A stretch of DNA of 64,000 bases from Acidimicrobiia bacterium (GTDB lineage: Bacteria; Acidobacteriota; Vicinamibacteria; Vicinamibacterales; CAVVIG01): positions 646 to 64,645 of the forward strand of contig VFZL01000013.1 of NCBI GenBank assembly GCA_016871175.1, in the 5' to 3' direction. This document shows, piece by piece, positions 1 through 8,711 of this stretch. Below the pieces are notes generated by a model, which was not told the DNA's origin, ran no database searches, and saw nothing but the letters and a program-made list of their open reading frames with translations. A program made the position numbers and the translations under genes. Positions within the stretch are counted from its first letter, which is position 1, and every line of letters starts with the position of its first letter.

Positions 1-251
1 CCGCCAACGAGTCGTACATGGCTGACGGCGTGCGGCTTCTCGAACTCGCACGAAGCGCCCGCAGCCTGTTTGAACGCCAGCGACCGAGCGAAAAGCGGCG
101 GCTGCTCGATTTCCTGGTATCGAACTGCACGTGGCGGGAGGGGAAGCTTGCGGCGGAATTCCGCCAACCCTTTGATCTGCTTGCCAATACGGTAATGGAC
201 AACGCCTCGGAAGATGCCGCCAGGATGCCCGCGTGGTCGAAAAAGGAGAAA
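1..251. mobile_element. Probable right-hand end of an integrated element inserted at the 3' end of tRNA-Asn (rest lies outside the window)
   Basis: A recombinase gene abuts and overlaps the 3' end of a tRNA gene. The boundary is inferred; no second att copy is visible in this window. Confidence 0.35.
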
Positions 252-293
252 TGGCTCCTCAGGCTGGATTCGAACCAGCAACCCTCCGGTTAA
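1..293 (+). CDS. Large serine recombinase, C-terminal fragment (5' end lies outside the window)
   Basis: Frame-3 ORF is open from the window edge (..NESYMADGVRLLELARSARSLFERQRPSEKRRLLDFLVSNCTWREGKLAAEFRQPFDLLA..). From memory this matches the conserved C-terminal tail of resolvase-type large serine recombinases. The last 14 codons (252-293) are read from the antisense strand of tRNA-Asn. Confidence 0.55.
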   Translation, partial: ANESYMADGVRLLELARSARSLFERQRPSEKRRLLDFLVSNCTWREGKLAAEFRQPFDLLANTVMDNASEDAARMPAWSKKEKWLLRLDSNQQPSG

Positions 294-326
294 CAGCCGG
301 ATGCTCTGCCGTTGAGCTACTGAGGA
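252..326 (-). tRNA. tRNA-Asn (anticodon GTT), CCA encoded
   Basis: The reverse complement folds as a cloverleaf: TCCTCAG-TA-GCTC-AACGGCA-GAGC-A-TCCGG-CTGTTAA-CCGGA-GGGTT-GCTGG-TTCGAAT-CCAGC-CTGAGGA-G-CCA. Anticodon loop is CUGUUAA. Confidence 0.95.
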
Positions 327-378
327 ACGTGGGTGGGTCGGCGCGTTCGTGCGCCGCATGCACGAACAAAGAACTTTC

Positions 379-408
379 ATGCTAGCGGAAAGCCGTCCGG
401 ACGGTCAA
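379..408 (-). promoter_or_regulatory. Candidate sigma70-type promoter for tRNA-Asn
   Basis: On the minus strand: TTGACC (408-403), 18-nt spacer, TAGCAT (384-379). Same TTGACN-17/18-TAnnAT pattern as upstream of nuoA and ilvD. Confidence 0.35.
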
Positions 409-503
409 CGAGCGCGTCATGGACCGTGCTCGCGCCTCTCGCCGATCTCTAGACGAGGACGCGGTCGATGGACGTCCCGACCGCGCGGGATCAGAATCGT
501 GCA

Positions 504-1232
504 CTAATGCGCACCGAAGCTCGAGCTGCAACGCCCTGATGGCCGCCTGATCGTGACGTGGGCTGACAGCGACAGATACAGCAGCGGGTAGACCAGCGAG
601 AGCCACGTCATCAATCGCGCCGCAGCGGGCGGCCCGAAGAGCGCACCACACAACAGGACAAACCAGAGACCGGCGCCGATGTTCATCGTTCTGGCAAACG
701 GACCCCCGCGCGTCGCATACAGATACGGCGTGCGGATGAACGTCAGCGCCGAGAACAGCAGCAGGATCGCGACGCTCACGCTAGTCGCCGGTCGCAGCAT
801 GAAGAGATAGAACGCCACGATGTTCCAGTACGACGGGAAACCCAGGAAGAACCCATCGTGGGTTTTGGCGTCGACCTTCGAGAAACCGTACGCGCTGGCC
901 AGAAGTGGAGCGAGCAGCAGCGGCCCAAGGCCTGGGCCGACGACGTCCGCGCGCCACATCAAGAAGAGCGGAAGCGACGTGTAAGTGTGGAAGTCGATGA
1001 GGTTGTCGAGCGCGCTTCCGTCGAAGTCTGGCAACACCTCTTTGACTCGAGCGCGCCGCGCCAACCAACCGTCCGTCGCGTCGATTGCCGTTGCCACCAT
1101 CATCAGCAGGAACGCGCGCCTCAGCGACCGGTCGTCACCCAAGACGATGAGCACGGCCATGCCGGCGGCGCACACGAGCCCGAGAGCGGTATACAAGTGG
1201 GCGAGCCACGCCCAGACTCTGTCCACGGTCAC
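504..1232 (-). CDS. pcs: Phosphatidylcholine synthase (CDP-diacylglycerol--choline O-phosphatidyltransferase)
   Basis: 242 aa, multi-pass membrane protein. Carries the CDP-alcohol phosphatidyltransferase motif D-x2-DG-x2-AR..G-x3-D-x3-D (AIDATDGWLARRARVKEVLPDFDGSALDNLIDFHTY). The block KTHDGFFLGFPSYWNIV aligns by eye with rhizobial Pcs. The GTG start overlaps the stop of the upstream transporter (GTGA at 1229-1232). Confidence 0.8.
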   Translation of the reverse strand: MTVDRVWAWLAHLYTALGLVCAAGMAVLIVLGDDRSLRRAFLLMMVATAIDATDGWLARRARVKEVLPDFDGSALDNLIDFHTYTSLPLFLMWRADVVGPGLGPLLLAPLLASAYGFSKVDAKTHDGFFLGFPSYWNIVAFYLFMLRPATSVSVAILLLFSALTFIRTPYLYATRGGPFARTMNIGAGLWFVLLCGALFGPPAAARLMTWLSLVYPLLYLSLSAHVTIRRPSGRCSSSFGAH

Positions 1233-2776
1233 ACTCCGTCACTCGCCGGCCGCTGGAGCAGACGCGGCGTGTCCCAGCGCGTCGTCAATCGCGAGACCAG
1301 CGGGAGCAGCACAAGGCCGGCCGATGCGGCCATCAGCCGGACCGGCACCGTCTCATCGTAGGGAAGGAAAGCCGGCAGGCCGAGCAGCGGCTCGCCGGCT
1401 CCAAAGCGCAGCACGGCCGACACACCCAACGCGGCGATCGATCCGAGGCGGTTGGCCCGCGGATCGAACAGTGCCGCTAGGAGTTGCGGAAACAGCAGGA
1501 CGAAGACCAGATCGCTCGTGAAGAACCACAACGCCTGCACGCTGCGCACACGCAACGCGAGGACCGTGGCCAGCGCGGCGAGGATGAGGATCGCCATTCG
1601 GATCACACGCACCATGTGCGGCAAGGAGAGGGACGGCCAGAGGAGCCGTTTGATCCCATTCCAGCCGAGCATCGATCCGGCCGAGAGGATCGACGAGCTG
1701 AAGCTCGACGTGACGGCGCCGACGATCGCCACGAGCCCGAGCAGGCCGATCGAGCCCGGCACGGCTCGCGCGAAGAGCATCGGCATCGTGTCGGCTGGCG
1801 AGGCCGCCAGGCGCGCCGCGATGTCACTCGACCATGGGTGAGACGCGGCGGCCACGCCCATGAGCAGCGGAGGCAGCGTGAAGAGCATTGTGAGCGCGCC
1901 AGCCATCACCGATTGGCGTCGCGCGTCCCCTGGCGTGCGGCATGAGAGTACCCGCTGGAAGTAGCAGTTCCACGGAACGCCGCCGCACACGAGCATCAGC
2001 GACACATCCCACCACCCGACGATCGATGCCTGGGTCCACAGTGGAGGGATCGCGTGCAGCGGTGGCAACAGACCCGCTCCGCTCGGCCGTGCCGTGGCAT
2101 AGGCTGTCCACGCCTGGTCAAGTCCGCCAGACCCAGCCAGCACGAAGGGAAGGGCCGCCGCGAGCCCAATCGCCACCAGTCCCAGTTGGACCATGTCGGT
2201 GTAGGCCACCGACCACATCCCGCCGAGGACGGTGTACGCGGTCGTGGCGATGGCCGAGAACACGATGGCCTGCGTCAGGTCGAGGCCGAGCAGCACACCG
2301 AATGTCGAGCCGATGGCGACCAGCAACTCGGCGCTCCAGAAGACTTCCGCCGCAAGCGCGGGCAGTGCCAGCACTGCCGCCCAATGCCTACCGAAGCGCG
2401 CTTCGAAGGGATCGATGAGCGTCGCAAATCCGAATCGGCGCATCACCCCTGCGAAGAACAACCCGCCCAGGATCAGGCTGAGACCGTAGCAGAGGCCGCC
2501 TTGAACACCCAACTGGACGGAATTCTTGTAGGCACCCTCGGCTGTCCCGAGCAAGTACCCTCCATCGACCCAAGTCGCGGTCATCGTGAGCCCGGCGATC
2601 CAGAACGGCATCTGGCGTCCGGCGACGATCAGGTCAGCCACGCTCCCCGGACGGACCCTCCGAGAGGCCACCCAGCCGACAACCATGAACGCCACGTACA
2701 TGAGGCCGACCGAGGCGAGGGACAGGGTCACGATCGAGTGACTATATAGCGGACCGTGCACCGGCATCGCTATCAT
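1229..2776 (-). CDS. Sodium:solute symporter family transporter, CHT1/SLC5A7-like (putative high-affinity choline transporter)
   Basis: ORF 1229..3175 trimmed to ATG 2776, because the upstream 133 codons are Arg/Pro-rich junk that overlaps the divergent gene. Blocks TMTATWVDGGYLLGTAEGAY, YGLSLILGGLFFA, LGGMWSVAYTDMVQL, GGVPWNCYFQRVLS, TSDLVFVLLFPQLL and LRFGAGEPLL closely parallel human CHT1 as I recall it. Confidence 0.8.
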   Translation of the reverse strand: MIAMPVHGPLYSHSIVTLSLASVGLMYVAFMVVGWVASRRVRPGSVADLIVAGRQMPFWIAGLTMTATWVDGGYLLGTAEGAYKNSVQLGVQGGLCYGLSLILGGLFFAGVMRRFGFATLIDPFEARFGRHWAAVLALPALAAEVFWSAELLVAIGSTFGVLLGLDLTQAIVFSAIATTAYTVLGGMWSVAYTDMVQLGLVAIGLAAALPFVLAGSGGLDQAWTAYATARPSGAGLLPPLHAIPPLWTQASIVGWWDVSLMLVCGGVPWNCYFQRVLSCRTPGDARRQSVMAGALTMLFTLPPLLMGVAAASHPWSSDIAARLAASPADTMPMLFARAVPGSIGLLGLVAIVGAVTSSFSSSILSAGSMLGWNGIKRLLWPSLSLPHMVRVIRMAILILAALATVLALRVRSVQALWFFTSDLVFVLLFPQLLAALFDPRANRLGSIAALGVSAVLRFGAGEPLLGLPAFLPYDETVPVRLMAASAGLVLLPLVSRLTTRWDTPRLLQRPASDGV

Positions 2777-2848
2777 GCGTGGGTGCGAGACATACCAACG
2801 AGTCCTCGATTCGAAAGCCTCGCCTTTCAGGTAGAGCCGCGACGGGGA

Positions 2849-4445
2849 GTGTCGGCTCAGGCGGCGGCGCGCACGGCGCTTGCCCGTGCCCTCCCGGGCC
2901 GCCGCTGGGCCCTCGTCCCGCTCAACCCCCGCAGCGGCGAATTCGAAGCGGTCCTCCTCCGCCCTGGCGAGCGGGCGAGCCGGCGACGACGGCCCCGCAA
3001 AGAGGCTCGAGTTTCTATGGCCACCGCGTGGGACATGACGTACGCGCTCCGCGACGACCCGAGCATCGTCTACGCCGAGCCGCTCTTCGAGGTCTCGAGC
3101 CGCGAGCAGCACGCGGCGCCGGGGCGGGGGGGCGCGCTCGGGCGGCGGCGACAACGATCCGGGCACCGCGAACAATTTCGAGTGGAGCCTGGAGGCGCTG
3201 AAGGCCCCCGCCGCCTGGAGCCTCTTTCCTCATTCGTCGCCTGGCCGCGGCATCGTTGTCGGCCATCCCGACACGGGATACACGCTGCACCCTGAGATCA
3301 CTGGACCGCGTCTGCTCACCACCGACGGGTTCGACTTCGAAGACGATGACCCGGACGCGACCGACACTTTGAGCGGCGGCGTTCTCCACCAGCCCGGGCA
3401 TGGAACGAGTACCGCGAGCCTGATCATCAGCGGGCGCGGACTGCCCGCGGGACAGGCCGGCCCGGCGTTCGTGTCCGGAACGGCGCCTGGGTCGTCGCTC
3501 GTGCCGCTGCGGACCACGCGATCCGTCGTGCTCTGGTCCATGAGCCGGTTGGTGCGTGCGCTGCGGCGCGCGATCGATCGCCGATTGGACGTCATGTCCA
3601 TCAGCCTGGGCGGGCCAGTGCCGAGCGTCGCATTGCACAACGCCGTTCGGGACGCCGAGGTCGAGGGGATCCTCGTGCTGTGCGCGGCGGGCAACCAGGT
3701 GCGATTCGTCGTGTTCCCGGCGGCGTTCGACGAGGTCATCGCCGTGGCGGCGAGCCGAATCTCAAACGACCCCTGGCCGGGGTCGTGCCGCGGGCCGGCG
3801 GTTGACATCACGGCGCCGGGCGCGTCCGTGTGGCGCGCGCGCACGGAGCGTCAGGGCAGCCAGCAGGTGTTCTCGGTCGAGCGGGGGAGCGGGACGTTCT
3901 ACGCGGTGGCCGCTACGGCCGGCATCGCCGCGCTCTGGTTGTCCTTTCACGGGCGGTCGGCGCTGGTCGCCAAGTACGGCAAGAACCGGATCCCCGCGGT
4001 GTTCAAGCAGTTGCTCCAGCAGACCTGCCGGACGCCGCCCAACTGGAACACCGGGGACTTCAATTCTGGTATCGTCGATGCCAGCGCACTCCTGTCCGCC
4101 CCGCTTCCGGCGACCCCTCCCGCTCGCGGTTTGCGCGGCATCGCGCGCCGAACGGTCTCGCGAGACGACGGATATCTGGAGGTGTTGGTCCATCAACTGA
4201 CGCCCGCCCCGGTCTCCGAGGTCGTGCGGGCGCTGTCGGAGCTCCTCCACGTGGAAGAACGGCGGCTGGAGTCGGCGCTGAGTGAGGTGGGCCCTGAGCT
4301 CGTGATGCACGTGGGTACCGATCCGGCGCTCAGGTCCCGGCTGCTCGCGGCGGCGATGGCGAGCGCCGCGCGCGGCCGCGCCGCGCGCAGGCGAGTGCGC
4401 GTCTCGATGCAGGGCGTCTCCCGTCGCTTGCGGCGATCCCTGTAG
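2849..4445 (+). pseudogene. Subtilisin-like S8 peptidase, frameshifted and with the catalytic Ser replaced (start uncertain)
   Basis: The N-terminal part is in frame 2 (..WALVPLNPRSGEFEAVLL..ATAWDMTYALRDDPSIVYAEPLFEVS..). The rest is in frame 0 from about 3130 (..DNDPGTANNFEWSLEALKAPAAW..GIVVGHPDTGY..GHGTSTASLI..LCAAGNQ..GSGTFYAVAATAG). The frame switch lies at a G7 run (3126-3132). The span is 1597 nt, which is 3n+1. Asp, His and Asn motifs are intact, but the Ser motif GTS is GTF (TTC at 3897-3899). Confidence 0.6.
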
Positions 4446-4461
4446 CCCGTCTGGCACAACG

Positions 4462-4974
4462 ATGGAGACTGGTGCTGTCGGGAGCCTTTTGTGGACGCTC
4501 CTCAGTGAGCTCGTCCATGGCGCGCCGGATCCGAAGGCGCGCACATGCGTGCTGAATCAGGGCGATGGCGAACTCTTGGCGTCGCTCGACCGTCTGTCGG
4601 CCGCCGCGGCCTCCGCGACGCGCGATGGTCCGTCGGTCGCGGCACACGTCGATCACCTCCGCTACGGCCTGTCCCTCCTCAACCGTTGGGCCGCGGGATT
4701 CTCTCCACCGTGGCCGGAGGTGGATTGGACGGCGAGCTGGCAGCGGAACGTCGTCACAGAGGAGGAGTGGCGAGCGCTACGCGAGGCGCTCCGTCATGAG
4801 GCGGACGTCTGGGCAGAGGTGCTCCGTACGCCTCGCGAGGTCAGCGACGTCGAAGCGGGCTGGATGGCGGGTAGCGTCGCGCATCTGGCGTATCACATGG
4901 GCGCCATTCGCCAAATCGATCGGTCCGCTCGAGGGCCAAGCGCCGAAGACGAAGCGCGAGCGCAGACCGAATAG
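4462..4974 (+). CDS. DinB-superfamily protein
   Basis: 170 aa helical protein with the C-terminal HLAYHMGAIRQI motif typical of DinB/YfiT-like four-helix-bundle proteins. Confidence 0.55.
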   Translation: METGAVGSLLWTLLSELVHGAPDPKARTCVLNQGDGELLASLDRLSAAAASATRDGPSVAAHVDHLRYGLSLLNRWAAGFSPPWPEVDWTASWQRNVVTEEEWRALREALRHEADVWAEVLRTPREVSDVEAGWMAGSVAHLAYHMGAIRQIDRSARGPSAEDEARAQTE

Positions 4975-5276
4975 CCGGCTGGCAAGACGGTGCCGCTCTC
5001 ATCCGAGACGACCCTTTGACGGCGCCCAGCCTCCGTCGCGCTCTGCGCGCTCAACCGCCGCGGGCGTGATGATCAGGAGCATCACCACCATCACAGCCCG
5101 CCCAACACCCGGCAGAGAACCGTCGGCCGACGTCACTCGCCATCGAGCTCACTGCTGTGTCGCGCCGTTCGCTGCCCACCGGGCCGGCCCGGCCTTCACC
5201 GGCGTGGAAACGCGTCGACAAGAAGACGAGAACGGTCGACCTTGACAGCGGCGCGTGCGAGGCGTAAGACAGTGGT

Positions 5277-5488
5277 GTCCCTCTCGCTTCAGAGATGGAG
5301 GCTCGTATGGAGATCGATCCGCCGGGCTCGCATCGCGCATCGGTCGCGGGTTGACCGCCATTGATGCAGAGCAGAATTTAGCCCACCGAGCGAATGTTCA
5401 GCCTGGTTTCCACCAGGCCGCGTGTCTTCGACACGCCGTGAAACGCCCGACTGACGCACTGCGTCCACGTCGGGCGTTTCCCTTTTGT
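5277..5488 (+). ncRNA. Candidate small RNA or leader transcript (unclassified)
   Basis: A weak promoter-like pair, TTGACA (5242-5247), 17 nt, TAAGAC (5265-5270), is followed by about 210 nt with no convincing ORF. There are three consecutive hairpins (5401-5418, 5421-5435, 5440-5480), the last followed by CCTTTTGT. Confidence 0.2.
5440..5488 (+). terminator. Intrinsic-terminator-like hairpin
   Basis: A 12-bp stem, GAAACGCCCGAC (5440-5451) with GTCGGGCGTTTC (5469-5480), plus an inner GACGC/GCGTC pairing. It is followed by a short T tract (5483-5486). Confidence 0.45.
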
Positions 5489-5533
5489 ACGCGCGCCGCA
5501 CGCGTCGCATCCGATACGATTCGACGGCATCCG

Positions 5534-5563
5534 TTGACGCCGCCGACAATCGGCACGTACCAT
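5534..5563 (+). promoter_or_regulatory. Candidate ilvD promoter
   Basis: TTGACG (5534-5539), 18-nt spacer, TACCAT (5558-5563), about 48 nt upstream of the ilvD ATG. Confidence 0.35.
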
Positions 5564-5610
5564 GCCCGTTCTGCGAGCGGTTCAGCTCGCCATTCACGGC
5601 AGCCTGACTC

Positions 5611-7302
5611 ATGTCCACCCTCAACAAGTACAGCGCGCGCATCACCCAACCGAAATCCCAGGGCGCCTCGCAGGCCATGCTCTACGGCACCGGCCTGACG
5701 CCCGACGACATGAACCGCCCGCAAGTGGGGATCGCGAGCGTCTGGTACGAAGGGAATCCGTGCAACATGCACCTCCTGGGCCTCGCCGAAGAGACGCGGA
5801 CGGGCGTGCGCGCGGCTGGCATGGTCGGCATGCGATTCAACACCATCGGCGTGAGTGACGGCATCTCAATGGGCACCGATGGCATGAGCTACTCCCTCCA
5901 ATCGCGCGACCTCATCGCCGACTCGATTGAGACCGTGATGTCCGCGCAGTGGTACGACGCGAATATCTCGATTCCGGGTTGCGACAAGAACATGCCCGGC
6001 TGCCTGATGGCGATGGGACGCTTGAACCGCCCGTCCCTGATGGTCTACGGGGGCACGATCCGCGCCGGACGGTCCGCCGATCATCAGAAGATCGACGTCA
6101 TCTCCGCGTTCCAGAGTTACGGTGCCGCGCTCGCCGGTGTGATCACCGAAGAACAGCGGCAGGACATCGTGCGGCACGCGTGTCCGGGCGCTGGCGCGTG
6201 CGGGGGCATGTACACCGCCAACACGATGGCCGCGGCGGCCGAGGCGCTCGGCATGAGCCTGCCGTACAGCTCGTCGACGCCCGCCGAGGATCCGCGGAAG
6301 CGCGACGAGTGCCGCGAGGCCGGCCACGCCATCTACCGCATGCTGGAGCGCGATCTCAAGCCACGCGACATCATGACGCGCGAGGCATTCGAGAACGCGC
6401 TGGTGGTCGTCACCGTACTTGGCGGATCGACCAACGCCGTCTTACATCTCATCGCCATCGCGCGCGCGTGCGGCGTCTCGCTCACTCTGGACGATGTGCA
6501 AACGGTGAGCGATCGAATCCCGATGCTGGCCGACTTCAAGCCGAGCGGCCAGTACGTGATGGAAGATCTCCAAAATGTCGGTGGGACGCCGGCTGTGATG
6601 AAGCTGCTGCTCGAGGCCGGCCTGATCGAGGGACGGTGCATGACCGTCACCGGACGCTCCATCGAGGACAACCTCCGCGACCTTCCGGGTCTGACGCCGG
6701 GCCAGCCGATCGTCAGACCGTTGAGCGATCCGATCAAGAAATCCGGCCACATCCAGATCCTGAGAGGCAACCTCGCGCCTGCAGGGTCCGTCGCGAAGAT
6801 CACCGGCAAAGAAGGGCTGCGCTTTTCGGGTCCGGCGCGGGTCTACGACTCCGAAGAAGACATGCTGCACGGGCTCGAGCGGGGCGAGATCAGCAAAGGC
6901 GACGTCATCGTCATCCGCTACGAGGGGCCAAAGGGCGGCCCCGGGATGCCGGAGATGCTGACGCCGACGTCGGCCATCATGGGCGCCGGGCTCGGTCAGG
7001 ATGTCGCCCTGCTCACGGATGGCCGATTCTCTGGCGGCTCTCACGGCTTCATCGTGGGACACATCACGCCGGAGGCTCAGGAAGGCGGGCCGATTGCGCT
7101 CATTCGTCCGGGCGAAATCATCACGATCGACGCCGAACGGAACCTGATCGAGGTCGACGTCCCCCCGGACGAGCTCGAGCGGCGGCGAGTCGACTGGATC
7201 GCGCCCCCCTTCAAGAGCGTGCGTGGCACGCTCGCGAAGTACATCCGGTTGGTAAAGAGTGCCAGCGAAGGGTGCGTGACGGACGAAGAGCTCAGTTTGT
7301 GA
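5611..7302 (+). CDS. ilvD: Dihydroxy-acid dehydratase
   Basis: 563 aa. N-terminus is [29 protein letters not shown]. Also has [16 protein letters not shown], the [16 protein letters not shown] Fe-S motif and the C-terminal GAVTDEEL-type tail. Confidence 0.95.
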   Translation: MSTLNKYSARITQPKSQGASQAMLYGTGLTPDDMNRPQVGIASVWYEGNPCNMHLLGLAEETRTGVRAAGMVGMRFNTIGVSDGISMGTDGMSYSLQSRDLIADSIETVMSAQWYDANISIPGCDKNMPGCLMAMGRLNRPSLMVYGGTIRAGRSADHQKIDVISAFQSYGAALAGVITEEQRQDIVRHACPGAGACGGMYTANTMAAAAEALGMSLPYSSSTPAEDPRKRDECREAGHAIYRMLERDLKPRDIMTREAFENALVVVTVLGGSTNAVLHLIAIARACGVSLTLDDVQTVSDRIPMLADFKPSGQYVMEDLQNVGGTPAVMKLLLEAGLIEGRCMTVTGRSIEDNLRDLPGLTPGQPIVRPLSDPIKKSGHIQILRGNLAPAGSVAKITGKEGLRFSGPARVYDSEEDMLHGLERGEISKGDVIVIRYEGPKGGPGMPEMLTPTSAIMGAGLGQDVALLTDGRFSGGSHGFIVGHITPEAQEGGPIALIRPGEIITIDAERNLIEVDVPPDELERRRVDWIAPPFKSVRGTLAKYIRLVKSASEGCVTDEELSL

Positions 7303-7309
7303 CGCGAGA

Positions 7310-8711
7310 CTACCGTGGCAGCGTGACTTTGCGAACTGCGTAGCGTGGTTCGCGTTCGGGCTCGGACCGGGGCTCGCGCGCAAGATAGTACAAATCGGGA
7401 CCAGTGAGGTGGATCGACGCCAAACCCGCCAGCGGGGCTGGGTCTTCGTCCGCAACGGCGATTCGTGTGACACGCCGGCGCCCATCGGCGAGACGGAGCA
7501 CGAGCACCCGTCGCGTGCCGCTAGCCTCACGTTGAATGGCGACGAGCCCCTGCGCGCCGAACCGCAGGCGTTCGATGCCCCGGAGGTCGACCTCCGACAC
7601 AGCGGACAGGGGTGTCACCTCACGTGATCGCAAATCGGCGCGCACAATGCCCCCTTCGTGCGCGACAAACACGAGTCCGTCTTCCTCCACCGCGATACTC
7701 GTGACACCCGCGCGTTCGAGGCACAGGGACACCCGCCATTCAGTGCCGCCACGCCCCATCGTCAGGAGTCGCGCGCCCTTTGTATCGAGACCCATGAGCG
7801 TCCCCGAGACAGCCAGCCCGAGGTCAACCAGCCGGACAGCTCCCAAGGTGGGGGAAGGGCGATAGGTTCGGAGCGGACGTCCGGAGACCAATTGGAGGCG
7901 ATGGACCACGCCCGCGTCTCCTGCCACCCAAAGCTCGCCGCGGCGGCCATCGGTCTCCACAGCGGAGATCGCGGCAAACCCTGCCGAGTCTGCTCTCACC
8001 ATGTCGATGGGGTCGCCACCGCCAACGGTCACCACCATCAGCTTGTGTTCGCGCGCATCGCCGATGACGAACCGCTGTGAGACGGCGTCGAACGCGAGGC
8101 CGCTCGGTGAGAAACCGGGCGCCTCGAATCGCGCCGCATCGCTGCGTGTTGCGGGCTGCCGCACGAGAGGTGGCACGCGCCCTGTCTCGGCGCCAAAGGG
8201 CCGTTCTCCCCGCTTCACGCCGCGGCGCCGAAACCGTCTCCATCGTGGCCGGGGGAGCGCTCGCTGAAGACGACCGCGCCTGGAGCGACGCCGCGACCGC
8301 GGGCCAACCGGACAGGTTGCGCGTTCGTGCGAACTCCTCGCCCGTCGCGTCAACGGGTACGCCGAGCTCGGCGAGGCGCTGGAGCATCACGAGGGCGTCG
8401 TGTGCGCGTCCACTCAGTGCCTGCGCCCGTGCCAGCAACAGCATCAACTCGGGATGTCGACGGGGGCCGAACTGGACGGCTCGCCAGGCCAGATCGTGGC
8501 ATTGCTCGTACTCACCGCGCTGCGCGGCCTCGATCGCCAGCGACTGACACTGCTGCCACGTGACGCAGAGCGCCGAGGTTGATTCCTGACCCGCAGTCCC
8601 GGACGGTGTCGGACCAATGGGCGTCAGCAGCGCGACGAGGAGCAGGAGGGTCGGCAAGGGCGCGACTGTCTGGATGCTCAGCCGTGCGGATTGAAGCGAT
8701 AGCCGATCCAC
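7310..8711 (-). pseudogene. Secreted TPR-like plus beta-propeller protein, apparently frameshifted
   Basis: The N-terminal signal peptide plus TPR-like helices (ORF 8711->) stay protein-like only to about ..ASAPPATMETVSAPRREAG. The protein-like sequence then continues in another frame (ORF 8353->7310) as ERPFGAETGRVPPLVRQ..GLAFDAVSQRFVIGD.. with propeller-like repeats. The out-of-frame tails are Arg-rich junk. The span is 1402 nt (3n+1). The junction window is about 8195-8260 and contains C4 and G5 runs. Confidence 0.5.

Noticed and set aside
5255-5698. 147-aa ORF covering the ilvD upstream region and overlapping the ilvD start.
   Set aside because: Arg/Pro/Ala/Ser-rich junk composition. It runs through a terminator hairpin and into ilvD in another frame, and it has no RBS or motifs.
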